NCBI GenBank assembly: GCA_049970015.1
Contig: JBMFNT010000003.1
Location: forward strand, 1 to 39,235
From: Candidatus Micrarchaeia archaeon
Lineage (GTDB): Archaea > Micrarchaeota > Micrarchaeia > CAILAH01
Length of the DNA: 39,235 nucleotides
Reading direction: 5' to 3'
Below, in pieces: positions 9,482 through 19,263 of this stretch (positions within the stretch are counted from its first letter, which is position 1; every line of letters begins with the position of its first letter). The notes beneath the pieces were generated by a model. The model was given only the letters and a program-made list of their open reading frames with translations. It ran no database searches and had not been told where the DNA came from. Made by a program: the position numbers and the translations under genes.

Positions 9482-9532
9482 GAGTAGTTTTAGCCAATAA
9501 ATTAAATATACTTTTGCAATCATAAGCATAGC

Positions 9533-10447
9533 ATGGGGCCTCTTGCTAGATTGGATATTGCATTCCAGAAAACCATAATGTTCATAAACAACAATACTAT
9601 AAGGATAGCCTTGCTGTCCATGCTCTTTTTCTTTGCTGCCCTTGCATACAGCATATCCTGGTATATACTGGACATTTTCAAGGATATTGCATGCTATAAT
9701 GGAAACTATGCAATAGAACTGCTATTTTGTGGAACATACCTTGGGATACTTGGCAAGCATATAATTGCCACAATGATAAGCGCATCTGCAATACTTCCGT
9801 TTGCAGGCCTTGTATACTTGGTGCACAACCAAATGGAGAATAGAAGCAAGAAAGTGTTGCAATCAATATCCGAGAGCATGCCAGGAATATTCAGGATAAT
9901 AATATTCAGGACTGGCCTGGTCCTCCTCCTCTTTTCTCCATTTATACTCTTTCTTGTCTTTGGGGGCGATATAATAGCAAAATATATAACTGAAACTGGA
10001 AGATTGACCATACAAAAGCTGTTTATGGTTGACTTAATAATAATCCCTGTGTCGCTCGCTTTTGGGTTTATTATGATGGTGCTGCTCGAGCCCGTCTTCC
10101 AGTATGTTGAATATGAGGTTCTTGTATCCGGCCTTAGGGTAAGGGATGCAATAAGAAATTCGTACAGGATTGCAATGAACAACAAGAAAGAGACATTTAT
10201 ATCCGGGTTCACGTTCGTGGCCATATGGAGTGCATTAATTTTTCTGAAATACCTTCATATGGTGAACATACTACTTTCTGTTGCACTGCTTGCCGCAGTA
10301 TTCGTGGAAAGCTTCCTCATATTCCCGGTGCGTGCAATATTTTTGTATTTCTTGTGGAAAGATTTAAGAGAAGAAAATGTTGAAAAAAATGTTGCTGGGG
10401 TTATGCCTGCCACAAAAAGCTATCTTAACAAGATGCTTATGGGATGA
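9533..10447 (+). CDS. Polytopic membrane protein, unknown function
   Basis: 304 aa with about 6-7 hydrophobic helices. No motif recognised. Confidence 0.5.
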   Translation: MGPLARLDIAFQKTIMFINNNTIRIALLSMLFFFAALAYSISWYILDIFKDIACYNGNYAIELLFCGTYLGILGKHIIATMISASAILPFAGLVYLVHNQMENRSKKVLQSISESMPGIFRIIIFRTGLVLLLFSPFILFLVFGGDIIAKYITETGRLTIQKLFMVDLIIIPVSLAFGFIMMVLLEPVFQYVEYEVLVSGLRVRDAIRNSYRIAMNNKKETFISGFTFVAIWSALIFLKYLHMVNILLSVALLAAVFVESFLIFPVRAIFLYFLWKDLREENVEKNVAGVMPATKSYLNKMLMG

Positions 10448-10456
10448 GGTCTTAGA

Positions 10457-11755
10457 ATGACATATTCAACGCTTGCAGAGGCAAAAAGGGTTAATTCATT
10501 GCTCGATAATTATGAGCTTCCATCAGGTGAGGATGACTGCAACGTAAAGGTGGAAGAGCTGATTGAGATGCGCGAGAGATTGATCAGGATGGGGTTTGAC
10601 AAGAAATTCATGAGCAATCTGCTGGTAGCAAAGAAAGATATGCTTACTAAAAATGAAATCAGCGATGTGAAAAAGCAGGTTGCTGCAATGAAATATGCAA
10701 ACTATGTCAAGAAAAGCACTTTAAGAAGGATTGATGATGCAATTGCAAGTTATAGACTGGCACACCTATACTTAAGAAGTGGTACTCTTGAGAATGCGTA
10801 CAGGCACCTACCATATGATGGGAATGTGCTGAAAAGAATTTCCAGCTTTGGAGCAACTGCTGCACGTGCATACTTTGAGATAGACAAGTTGTTGAGTGGG
10901 GAGCTTGAAAGGCTTGGAATATCTGCAAAGGTTGCAATACCATCTGAGAATGGCATAAAGTATGAGAGCATACAGCTGTACAAAATACGCGACCTTGATG
11001 ATTACATATCACGGGAATATGGGAAAGATGCAGAGATTGTAAGAACCAAGATAATTACAAGGTACAGGAGCATACTCGGTGCAAAGGCCTACAGGAGGGT
11101 GCTTGCATGCGCATATGTCTCATCAGTCTTTGAGAATAATCCTATTGATATGAAAAGCGATGACCTATTGCTGCAAGGGTACTATTCTCTTTTGTCAAAG
11201 TATGGTATTGTGGAACCTGTACGCATAGATATGTTGTTAGATCCGGATGAAAGACTTGTAGATGAAATGATTAAAGAAGGATATTTATACTTTGAGAACA
11301 ATAAGCTGCAGATAAACGAGGAACTTGGAAAAAAATTGAATGAAGATATAAACAAAAAATACTGGGAGATTATGAAGAAAATCTACATCAACCTGTCTGA
11401 GGAGTTTCTTAAGCTTATGATTCTTACAACAAAAGGTACAAGAAAGGCGCTTGGGATATTCTCATTTGATGATGATATTGAGCTTGCAAGGCCAATAATT
11501 GAGAAAACTACCCTGCTTGGAATTAAGAATCCTTATGAAATGATCATGCAGAAAAACAGCATGGAAGATATTCCGAGCTTCAGCAGTAAAAATGTTGGCC
11601 TAGCCGTATTTCTTTATTTTCAGGGAGAAGAGAAATTGAGGAAGCTGTTTGGAGTTGACCCAAAATCAATAATGAATGAGTATGAAATAGTAAAGGCATA
11701 CTTTGAGGGTAGTAGTGGAAGGGGTGAAAAGTTCCTTGAATACCTCAAGAAATGA
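10457..11755 (+). CDS. Hypothetical protein (432 aa, soluble, helical)
   Basis: Long uninterrupted ORF starting 10 nt after the membrane-protein gene. No motif recognised. Confidence 0.5.
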   Translation: MTYSTLAEAKRVNSLLDNYELPSGEDDCNVKVEELIEMRERLIRMGFDKKFMSNLLVAKKDMLTKNEISDVKKQVAAMKYANYVKKSTLRRIDDAIASYRLAHLYLRSGTLENAYRHLPYDGNVLKRISSFGATAARAYFEIDKLLSGELERLGISAKVAIPSENGIKYESIQLYKIRDLDDYISREYGKDAEIVRTKIITRYRSILGAKAYRRVLACAYVSSVFENNPIDMKSDDLLLQGYYSLLSKYGIVEPVRIDMLLDPDERLVDEMIKEGYLYFENNKLQINEELGKKLNEDINKKYWEIMKKIYINLSEEFLKLMILTTKGTRKALGIFSFDDDIELARPIIEKTTLLGIKNPYEMIMQKNSMEDIPSFSSKNVGLAVFLYFQGEEKLRKLFGVDPKSIMNEYEIVKAYFEGSSGRGEKFLEYLKK

Positions 11756-12131
11756 GTGCCTGGAAATAAGTGGGAATAATGCTGAAGTATTAAAGAAAGT
11801 TAAAGAAAACGGGGCATGTAGGAGATTTTACATAAAAAGAAAGGTAAGCAATAAGCTGCTCTATTTTATTTTACAGAGAACCAATGTTGAGGAAATCATA
11901 ATAAGCAGGAAATTGTGCAATGCATTGCCAAAAAAATCTATTGAAGCAATGAGGATGGCTGGTGTGAATGTGAAAATCACTGATGTGAAAAGGGGAAGGA
12001 GAAAAAAATATGACATAGAAAAAATGAAATCACTGCTAAATTCTGGAAAGAGTGTTTCAAAGATTGCAAGTGAGGAAAAAATTCCGGAAAGAACGCTCTA
12101 CTACTACAAAAAATGTGTTAAATTTTTATAA
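11703..12131 (+). CDS. Small protein with a resolvase-type (HTH_7-like) C-terminal helix-turn-helix; start uncertain
   Basis: The C-terminus KRGRRKKYDIEKMKSLLNSGKSVSKIASEEKIPERTLYYYKK looks like a resolvase/invertase DNA-binding HTH. The listed TTG start overlaps the upstream gene by 53 nt, and the first in-frame ATG is at 11949. Confidence 0.35.
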   Translation: MRVVVEGVKSSLNTSRNECLEISGNNAEVLKKVKENGACRRFYIKRKVSNKLLYFILQRTNVEEIIISRKLCNALPKKSIEAMRMAGVNVKITDVKRGRRKKYDIEKMKSLLNSGKSVSKIASEEKIPERTLYYYKKCVKFL

Positions 12132-12276
12132 TTAAGTGTATAATCTCTTTTATGGCAGAAAAAAAGAAGAAAAAGAAATAAGAGATGGTAATTAATATCT
12201 CTCAATATATGGGAGATCTAATTTTTAGTTTTTTAATTTTTGCATTTTAAAATTTTAGATATAATGGTGTGTTTGT

Positions 12277-12510
12277 ATGAATGAAGCAAAAAGGCCTTTT
12301 GATGTGCTGAATAGCTCGCTCAACAAAGATGTGATAATAAGAATCAAAGGCGGGCTTGAGCTTAGGGGAAGAATGGTCGCATATGACGTGCACATGAACC
12401 TTGTGTTGGAGAACACAGAGCAGATAGAAGAGGGAGAAGTAAAAAGAAAGCTTGGTACTATGCTGCTCAGGGGGGATAGTGTAATATTTATATCACCGTA
12501 CATTCCATAA
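12277..12510 (+). CDS. Sm-like (LSm/SmAP) RNA-binding protein
   Basis: Sm1 and Sm2 motifs: VIIRIKGGLELRGRMVAYDVHMNLVLENTEQ ... MLLRGDSVIFISP. Confidence 0.9.
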   Translation: MNEAKRPFDVLNSSLNKDVIIRIKGGLELRGRMVAYDVHMNLVLENTEQIEEGEVKRKLGTMLLRGDSVIFISPYIP

Positions 12511-12516
12511 TCCCAA

Positions 12517-12996
12517 TTAGTCTGGCTCAAGGTATTGCTTGAAAGCTAGCTTTAGTGAATCTACTATTAGATCATAGGCACGCTTGCGGTACTCCGGGTC
12601 GAGCGCAATCGTTATGTTTCCATAGCTGGAAAATAACTCAATTATGTTTATCTTCTCGCGTGCAAGTCCTGAAATTGCTGCGTGTGCAACACCCGGTGTG
12701 TCAACAAGATCTGATGCATCCACTGTTATCAGGCTTTTGTTGCTCCTAAGCACAAGGTCGCTGAATGCAGTTGGCCCTGCCTTGATTGTATTGCGCAGGA
12801 CTGTAAACGCCTTATCCTCATCAGCATAATCAACGATGAATGTGATAGAATCTTCACCGCTCGAACATGCGTACAGGTTAATGTTTTCCTTGTACAATGC
12901 AGATGAAAAGTTGAATAGCACTCCTGGTGTAACGCGCACATTTTCCCCAAATGCCGTTATCAAAGATACTGGTCTCTGAAAAAGTCTTACTTTCAT
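12517..12996 (-). CDS. Tandem ACT-domain protein (aspartokinase regulatory-domain-like)
   Basis: Two repeats of the pattern hhhVxxxxhxxxPGVxxxhhxxLxxxxINhhhh (TPGVLFNFSSALYKENINL and TPGVAHAAISGLAREKINI). Confidence 0.65.
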   Translation of the reverse strand: MKVRLFQRPVSLITAFGENVRVTPGVLFNFSSALYKENINLYACSSGEDSITFIVDYADEDKAFTVLRNTIKAGPTAFSDLVLRSNKSLITVDASDLVDTPGVAHAAISGLAREKINIIELFSSYGNITIALDPEYRKRAYDLIVDSLKLAFKQYLEPD

Positions 12997-13052
12997 GATA
13001 TGGATTTATTAGCGAAAACTTATAAAATAAATGAAAAAAGTGGAAGATATTT

Positions 13053-14105
13053 TTAATCGCATGCAGACTTGGTTCCATCAAGAGTTATGTCTACTTTATC
13101 TCTAGGTGTTTCAACAGTGAGTACCTCTCCTTTCATCAATGTCTTGACATATACTATATTACCTGACACTACCATAATCTTGGCTGATGAGTAGTCCTTG
13201 GAATGGAAAGCATCTAAAAGTTGTATTGAAAAGTCTTCACCATTCCATGTGACTTTCATTCCATTATCCATCGTATATCTTTCCTGGCCTACATTAAGAA
13301 CTGCCTTTGCATTTGTTGTGCCCGCACCGAGTGGATCTATATTGACCAAGAGTTGTGTTCCATCATCTGCTGTCACTTCCAGCACACTACCATTAACATC
13401 AACCTGTGCAGGAAATGATTTTATCGATACAAAGGTGTTAGTGCCAGAACTTGATTCAACAAATACGTTCACTTTAACATCTGCATAACAAACCTTCCCT
13501 GTGCATGCAATATCATTCACAGATAATTCTACATAATGTTTATTGTCTATGCTAAACTTCTCTGACTTGCCAATCTCAATAACTGCTGAGTAATCCTTAG
13601 GCTCTTTATCATAATATTCTAGTTGTATGAACATCGCATTTGTCTCTGTAGTACCGTTGCCAAGAAACTTCACTTTGTTTTCATCTACAACTGTGCCATC
13701 TCCATCAACTACATAGAGTGATCCATCGCTTGACTCTAGCACCGGGCCAACATCACTCTTCCTTAGGGTATACTTTTTATAGCCAATCTCTACCTTTTCC
13801 CCATAAAACACCTTCTGTCTCTCACTGCCAATCTCAAGAACAGCATATTCCCTGAACTTGCACTTCTTCTCTTCCTGTGCTGTACCGCTATCAGGCCTTT
13901 GCGTGGTGCCACCGTCCACATTCCCACTAAATTCCGTTTTGGTATCTATACCCTCTCCGCAACCACTCCCCATTGGTGTAGAGGCCCACAGTGCCATCAA
14001 AGCAGCAGAAGTCGCTAAGAACTTCTTAAACCTAGATGGCCTATTCATCTTTTTGATTTCATTTTCCTCTCTTGATCCATTCTTTTCCAGATTCATGCTT
14101 TTCAT
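13053..14105 (-). CDS. Secreted/lipobox-like protein, unknown function
   Basis: Start set at ATG 14105, one base after the upstream TAA and 9 nt downstream of GGAGG. Signal-like FKKFLATSAALMALWASTPMGSGC, then a beta-rich body. The listed start at 14147 overlaps the upstream gene. Confidence 0.55.
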   Translation of the reverse strand: MKSMNLEKNGSREENEIKKMNRPSRFKKFLATSAALMALWASTPMGSGCGEGIDTKTEFSGNVDGGTTQRPDSGTAQEEKKCKFREYAVLEIGSERQKVFYGEKVEIGYKKYTLRKSDVGPVLESSDGSLYVVDGDGTVVDENKVKFLGNGTTETNAMFIQLEYYDKEPKDYSAVIEIGKSEKFSIDNKHYVELSVNDIACTGKVCYADVKVNVFVESSSGTNTFVSIKSFPAQVDVNGSVLEVTADDGTQLLVNIDPLGAGTTNAKAVLNVGQERYTMDNGMKVTWNGEDFSIQLLDAFHSKDYSSAKIMVVSGNIVYVKTLMKGEVLTVETPRDKVDITLDGTKSACD

Positions 14106-14106
14106 A

Positions 14107-15618
14107 TTACTCAACCTCCTTCTGGGTGAGGAAATAAACTCCAACACCCACTATTAATATGAGTATCACCGCAAGCACTGCAACTATTGGCAAACTTCCA
14201 TTTCCAAAGAATGCTGCGACAACTGCTGTAATATCCAAGGGCTTGTTGTCCACAGATTGCTGGACAGATTTATTAACAGCAACCACACTGAACTGCCCGG
14301 AAACATCGCTTATGCTGAACACGTAAGTACCATCAATGCTTGCCTTGAGGCTTACCTTACCATTTGTACCTGTCTTCAAAATAATCTTCTTACCAATCGG
14401 GTCTTTAACTAATACCTCCCTATTCGCAACAGGCTTTCCATACGAAGAAATGGATATAGTTATTGTATCTCCAACATAAACCTTCTTTGGGTGTGAGACT
14501 TCAATCTCTAAAGGTGTTGCCCCTGCATACAGTGTTGCGTTCTGTGTTGATTCCTCAGGTTTGTTGGGTTCAACCACGGGCTCAGCATTTTCCTTTGCTG
14601 GGTTCGTAATACTAACTACATATATCCCAGTCCTAGATTCGCTCGTGTCATCACCTGCACCTCCTCTACTTGAACTGCCTGAACTGCTGCCTGAACCATC
14701 CTGCTGGCCTGAGCCATTTGAGCCTGACACAACAGCTATCTTAAGATTGTCTACTATATTATCATTATACTGTGCAACCATAACATACTTCATGGCCTCA
14801 CTGCCTGACTTGAAAACACCGCTCACACGACCCCTTGAATCCGTAACACCGTAAACCACTACCCCATCATCACTGCCAACCTCTAAGCTTGCTACAGGCC
14901 TAGTAAGACCTTCTGATTGTAAGTATACCTTTACCCTCTTGCCACTAACTGGATTGCCATCACCATCCTTTAACTCAACATAAAATTTGGTCTCTGTGTT
15001 AACGAGAACATTTGATGCATCACCTGAAAATACTATATCTATGCTTCTAGGATTGTTATCCTGCTGGCCTGAGCCATTTGAGCCTGACACAACAGCTATC
15101 TTAAGATTGTCTACTATATTATCATTATACTGTGCAACCATAACATACTTCATGGCCTCACTGCCTGACTTGAAAACACCGCTCACACGACCCCTTGAAT
15201 CCGTAACACCGTAAACCACTACCCCATCATCACTGCCAACCTCTAAGCTTGCTACAGGCTTAGTAAGACCTTCTGATTGTAAGTATACCTTTACCCTCTT
15301 GCCACTAACTGGATTGCCATCACCATCCTTTAACTCAACATAAAATTTGGTCTCTGTGTTAACGAGAACATTTGATGCATCACCTGAAAATACTATATCT
15401 ATGCTGGATGGTTCTCTAACATTATCATCGTCATCTGAGTTGCTTGGAATATTTGGGGGAATATATGTCGGAACATCTACTGATGGAGTATTAATCACAT
15501 TTTCATACACTGTAAGCCCACTCGTATCTATATTATTTATATTCAGAGCATATGCAATACCTGCAAAAAGCAACACTGCTAAAGCAAATATCCAAGTTAC
15601 AAACGCTATCTTTTCCAT
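14107..15618 (-). CDS. Type-I anchored surface protein with duplicated Ig-like (Big-like) domains
   Basis: N-terminal signal peptide, two nearly identical 120-aa units (SIDIVFSGDASNVLVNTETKFYVELKDGDGNPVSGKRVKVY...), a G/S-rich linker, a third beta domain and a C-terminal TM helix (IVAVLAVILILIVGVGVYFL). Confidence 0.65.
   Translation of the reverse strand: MEKIAFVTWIFALAVLLFAGIAYALNINNIDTSGLTVYENVINTPSVDVPTYIPPNIPSNSDDDDNVREPSSIDIVFSGDASNVLVNTETKFYVELKDGDGNPVSGKRVKVYLQSEGLTKPVASLEVGSDDGVVVYGVTDSRGRVSGVFKSGSEAMKYVMVAQYNDNIVDNLKIAVVSGSNGSGQQDNNPRSIDIVFSGDASNVLVNTETKFYVELKDGDGNPVSGKRVKVYLQSEGLTRPVASLEVGSDDGVVVYGVTDSRGRVSGVFKSGSEAMKYVMVAQYNDNIVDNLKIAVVSGSNGSGQQDGSGSSSGSSSRGGAGDDTSESRTGIYVVSITNPAKENAEPVVEPNKPEESTQNATLYAGATPLEIEVSHPKKVYVGDTITISISSYGKPVANREVLVKDPIGKKIILKTGTNGKVSLKASIDGTYVFSISDVSGQFSVVAVNKSVQQSVDNKPLDITAVVAAFFGNGSLPIVAVLAVILILIVGVGVYFLTQKEVE
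14698..15405. repeat. Near-perfect tandem duplication, period 360 nt
   Basis: 14698-15045 and 15058-15405 are 348 nt each and differ only at 14900 (c) versus 15260 (t). A 12-nt unique junction separates them. The duplication is in frame within the surface-protein gene. Confidence 0.95.
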
Positions 15619-15641
15619 GTAATAAATTTAAAATAAGTGGT

Positions 15642-15857
15642 TTATATACTTTTTGTTTCACTGCTGCGTACAACCAAAAGAGGTATAACATCTGCCTCAA
15701 ACTCTGCACGCGCAAGCTGGATCGGATCGATCGTACCAGGTGGAACAGGGATTAATGGAGGTGCGCCCAAAGCAAGTTGTAATGCACGTGCACCTATTAT
15801 CCGTGCAACCTCAAACCTTGTAAGCCCATCATCACTTATAGTTATCATCACCATCAC
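15642..15857 (-). CDS. rpoK: DNA-directed RNA polymerase subunit K (Rpo6)
   Basis: [25 protein letters not shown] ... [21 protein letters not shown] is the conserved Rpo6/omega core. Three candidate ATGs lie at 15857, 15854 and 15848. Confidence 0.85.
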   Translation of the reverse strand: MMVMITISDDGLTRFEVARIIGARALQLALGAPPLIPVPPGTIDPIQLARAEFEADVIPLLVVRSSETKSI

Positions 15858-16596
15858 TCTTCTTTTTTCCTTTCTCCTTTTTGTTTAAATCAGGAAAGTC
15901 TTTTATATCAAATGCAGGGACCTTATTGTCTGTATACAAAAACTCTGGTCGTATAAAATCAGTCATGTGCTCGCCCCTGGCTTTCGCAGACATTAATACT
16001 TTCTTTTGCTCTGCAACATACTGGTCAATCTTGTCCCCCAACGCCTTAAGCCCTGATGATAACTTAAGCAAAATCTCACGGTCGGAAAGATATATTTCGC
16101 TGTTCTTTATGTGCTCATTCCCTTCCACATATGCCATAAGCCTTCTTAAAAATAGCTCAGGCTCTGCTATGCCTGGCACTACAACATTCTTCCCATTCCA
16201 TTTAATCTCTACACATGTAAGCCCAAACACCTGATCAAGCGAATGAATACCTTTTCTCAGCACCTTTGCAGAATCTATATCTTTGTATGGTATAATGTAC
16301 TCCTTCCTGGTGAATATTCCTTTCCTGACAATGAATGCATCATCTGCAAAATCGTACTCAAAATTCCTATAATACAGTTCAGCACATATGGCAACACCAA
16401 AAATGATGAGTATTGAAAAAAGCATGGCAGGGCCTAACACAAATATCTTGTTTGGCACACCTTCAAACAGTTCCTGATCAAACGGAAATGCCAGATACAC
16501 TATTATAGACCATAAGAACAGGAGCTGTACTATTAAGAATGCCTCTGCAATCCAAACAAACCTCATCCTTGGGTTAATATTCATCAGGAACACCAA
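15832..16596 (-). CDS. Membrane protein with a bPH_2 (YdbS/YdbT-like) domain
   Basis: Two TM helices, then [57 protein letters not shown], and a charged C-terminal tail. It is a paralog of the 4081..4506 gene product. Confidence 0.65.
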   Translation of the reverse strand: MVFLMNINPRMRFVWIAEAFLIVQLLFLWSIIVYLAFPFDQELFEGVPNKIFVLGPAMLFSILIIFGVAICAELYYRNFEYDFADDAFIVRKGIFTRKEYIIPYKDIDSAKVLRKGIHSLDQVFGLTCVEIKWNGKNVVVPGIAEPELFLRRLMAYVEGNEHIKNSEIYLSDREILLKLSSGLKALGDKIDQYVAEQKKVLMSAKARGEHMTDFIRPEFLYTDNKVPAFDIKDFPDLNKKEKGKKKSDGDDNYK

Positions 16597-16597
16597 A

Positions 16598-17869
16598 CTA
16601 CATGTTGACTAGGGCAGTAAGTACTTTTAAAAGTTGCGGTCGCTTGACAAGCACTTTTTTGACCACTGGGCCGAAATCACCATTGAGCGTGAGCTCCATA
16701 TCCTTGGAATCAAGCGATGAGATGATTACATTAAAGTCATCATCATTGAACTTTTCAAGCACCTTCCTCAATGTCAAGCGTTTGCTGAACTTCTTCCATT
16801 CTTCCGCATACCACAAATCCTTGTACCTATCAAGCTCTTTCTTGCTAGTCTTATTATCCTTGACACATTCCGCTGCAACCGTGCCAGCTATCCTGCCAGC
16901 ATTCATTGCCAATCCTATGCCACCACCATGTATTGGGTCAACCTGGTGCGCCGCTGTGCCAACCACCATAAACCCATCAAGTGCAAACTCTTTTATAGGC
17001 GCACCTACAGGAATCGCCCCTCCCTTGACTGCAACTATGGATGCATCCTTGAACCTGTGTTTTATACCATCTGCTGCAAGGAATTTATGTAGATAGTATA
17101 CTGCATTTGGCTTCTCAAGGCCACCTATACCAACACCCACATTTGCTGAATCTTTTCCTTTCGGGAATATCCACTGGTATCCCCGGGGTGACCATCTGCT
17201 CCCAAAGAAAAGCTCTATCAGGTCAGAGTAATCTTTCCCATTATCCTGGAGCTTTACATTAACCATCTCATACTCATACCCATAATCCGTATCATAGAGT
17301 GTGGCCGTGGCATCGCGCATCCCTGCAAGCCTTGCAAGAACAGACTCTGCTCCGTCCGCTGCTATCACGACATTTGCATGTGCGATTCTTTCCTTCCCAT
17401 CAAAATAGTATTTTACACCGCTTATGCGCCCATCTTCCTTTACTAAACCATACACTTCTGCCTTGCAGAGCACACTCGCACCTGCGCGGGCCGCATCCTT
17501 TGCAAGCTCCTTGTCAAAAACCTTCCGGTCCAGTACATACCCTTTGGTCTCAGGTGTCTTTATTATTATGTCATCTTTAAGGTTGGGTGCAATGACACGG
17601 GCACCATTTATCTCAGCTGAGATTGCATGAGGTGGTAGCTTGAGGCCCATATGTTCAACATGTTTCTTGCCCAACCCCTCACCGCACCTAACAGGAGAGC
17701 CGAGCTCCTTCCTCCTATCGAGCACGAGCACTGAAACTCCTTTTCGTGCAGCCTCACGTGCTGCGATTGAGCCAGCAGGACCGGCACCAACCACCAGTAT
17801 ATCATACTTATCCCTTATGCCAGGATACTCATAAAACTCATTCTCACTGTCCATAGAAACACCATTCAC
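16598..17869 (-). CDS. Geranylgeranyl reductase family flavoprotein (digeranylgeranylglycerophospholipid reductase-like)
   Basis: FAD fold YDILVVGAGPAGSIAAREAARKGVSVLVLDRR, then PVRCGEGL and VIAADGAESV, typical of archaeal GGR. Confidence 0.9.
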   Translation of the reverse strand: MNGVSMDSENEFYEYPGIRDKYDILVVGAGPAGSIAAREAARKGVSVLVLDRRKELGSPVRCGEGLGKKHVEHMGLKLPPHAISAEINGARVIAPNLKDDIIIKTPETKGYVLDRKVFDKELAKDAARAGASVLCKAEVYGLVKEDGRISGVKYYFDGKERIAHANVVIAADGAESVLARLAGMRDATATLYDTDYGYEYEMVNVKLQDNGKDYSDLIELFFGSRWSPRGYQWIFPKGKDSANVGVGIGGLEKPNAVYYLHKFLAADGIKHRFKDASIVAVKGGAIPVGAPIKEFALDGFMVVGTAAHQVDPIHGGGIGLAMNAGRIAGTVAAECVKDNKTSKKELDRYKDLWYAEEWKKFSKRLTLRKVLEKFNDDDFNVIISSLDSKDMELTLNGDFGPVVKKVLVKRPQLLKVLTALVNM

Positions 17870-17878
17870 AAAAGAAAA

Positions 17879-18067
17879 CTATGCCTTCTTTGCTCCGGCC
17901 AATCGTATGCAGTTCACCGGACATGCTTTTATGCACAGCTCACAGTCAACACACTTTTCTGGAAGCACCTCAACATAAACTTCCTTCAGCCTAAGAGCAA
18001 GGTATGGGCATGTTGCAACACATGCGCCACAGTAAATGCATCTCGTATGGTCTATTGATACTACCAT
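17879..18067 (-). CDS. 2x[4Fe-4S] ferredoxin
   Basis: CIYCGACVATCP and CVDCELCIKACP cluster motifs in 62 aa. It sits immediately upstream of the GGR gene. Confidence 0.85.
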   Translation of the reverse strand: MVVSIDHTRCIYCGACVATCPYLALRLKEVYVEVLPEKCVDCELCIKACPVNCIRLAGAKKA

Positions 18068-18126
18068 TTGGACACCAATTAGTTTTTAGGGATTAATTTA
18101 TTAAATTCAATAGGAGAAATTAGACC

Positions 18127-19263
18127 ATGGGCATTGCCTCAGGGATAACAAAGCTTGATGAGCATCTAGGGGGCGGGTTTGAGCAGGGTAAGAGCATTGC
18201 AATAGTTTCAATACCTGGGATTGATGCACGCGTGTTTGCATACCATATCATAAGCACAAACCCAACAATGAAAACGCTGTATGTTGTAGAAAATATATTC
18301 CCAGACCAGATTGAACGGGATGTTTCAAGATATTTGTTTTCTGGAAAAGCGTTCAGCAATACAATGTATTTTGATGCATTTTCTACGGGGTTGGGAATGC
18401 CAAGCAGACAAAAGTATTATGCAAAGGACGCAACTGACATGCAAAATGTTGCAGAAAGCATAATAAATGCTGTGTCCAGTGAGAAGCCATGGCTTGTAAT
18501 AATTGACTCATTATCAGGGATGCTTGCAAAGGCCAAGAACAAGGAAAGTGTGTGGAGCATGATAAGGAAGCTCACGGATAATGGTACGACTGTATTGTGT
18601 ATATATACAAAATGGGATGAAAAGGAGGCAGAAGATGTAAAACAGAGGCTTGATTATGTAATAGAAACCAAGAGTGTTGAAGAAAGGCTTTTGTCAAGAA
18701 GATATTTTAGGGTGGTAAAGGCACCAGGTAAATTTAATGCTTCAGCCGTGCCGTTCAGGATAGGGTTTGATGGAATTGCCCTTTATGTACCAAAAATAAT
18801 CATAACGGGACCGTTCCATGCAGGTAAGACAACATTTATACACAAGATAAGCACACGTGCCGTTTCAGTAAACAGGATGGGTACAACCATTGCGCTTGAC
18901 CATGGGTATGTCGAGCATAGCGGGTTCAGTGTTGACCTGTTTGGTACACCTGGCCAGGAGAGGTTTGAGTTTATGCTTGACATACTAAACAAAGATGCGT
19001 TTGGGGTTGTACTCATTGTTGATTCAACAAAGCCAGAGACTTTTGAGAGGGCAAAACAGATGCTCGCACATGTTTCAAGGTATAGCCTGCCTTATGTGGT
19101 GGTTGCAAATAAACAAGATTTACCATCGGCACTTCCACCTGCAAAAGTTAAGGAAATGCTCGGATTAGATGCCGAAGTTGTGGGTGCTGTTGCCATTGAA
19201 GGAAAGGGATGTATTGAAGCACTTAAAATACTCATCAATAATATTGTTGAGAGTGGTGCATGA
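18127..19263 (+). CDS. Fusion protein: KaiC/RecA-like domain lacking a P-loop, joined to a small GTPase (COG2229-like)
   Basis: The N-domain GITKLDEHLGGGFEQGKSIAIVSIPGIDARVF aligns to KaiC-like GxPGTGKT with the Gly, Lys and Thr replaced. Walker-B-like LVIIDSLS is retained. The C-domain has G1 GPFHAGKTT, G3 DLFGTPGQERF and G4 NKQD. Confidence 0.7.
   Translation: MGIASGITKLDEHLGGGFEQGKSIAIVSIPGIDARVFAYHIISTNPTMKTLYVVENIFPDQIERDVSRYLFSGKAFSNTMYFDAFSTGLGMPSRQKYYAKDATDMQNVAESIINAVSSEKPWLVIIDSLSGMLAKAKNKESVWSMIRKLTDNGTTVLCIYTKWDEKEAEDVKQRLDYVIETKSVEERLLSRRYFRVVKAPGKFNASAVPFRIGFDGIALYVPKIIITGPFHAGKTTFIHKISTRAVSVNRMGTTIALDHGYVEHSGFSVDLFGTPGQERFEFMLDILNKDAFGVVLIVDSTKPETFERAKQMLAHVSRYSLPYVVVANKQDLPSALPPAKVKEMLGLDAEVVGAVAIEGKGCIEALKILINNIVESGA

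Noticed and set aside
12152-12181. Mini-ORF ATG GCA GAA (AAA/AAG)x6 TAA, encoding MAEKKKKKK, upstream of the Sm gene. It was considered as a tiny basic ribosomal protein (L41e-like).
   Set aside because: It has only 9 codons, far shorter than L41e, and lies in an A-rich spacer where such runs arise by chance.
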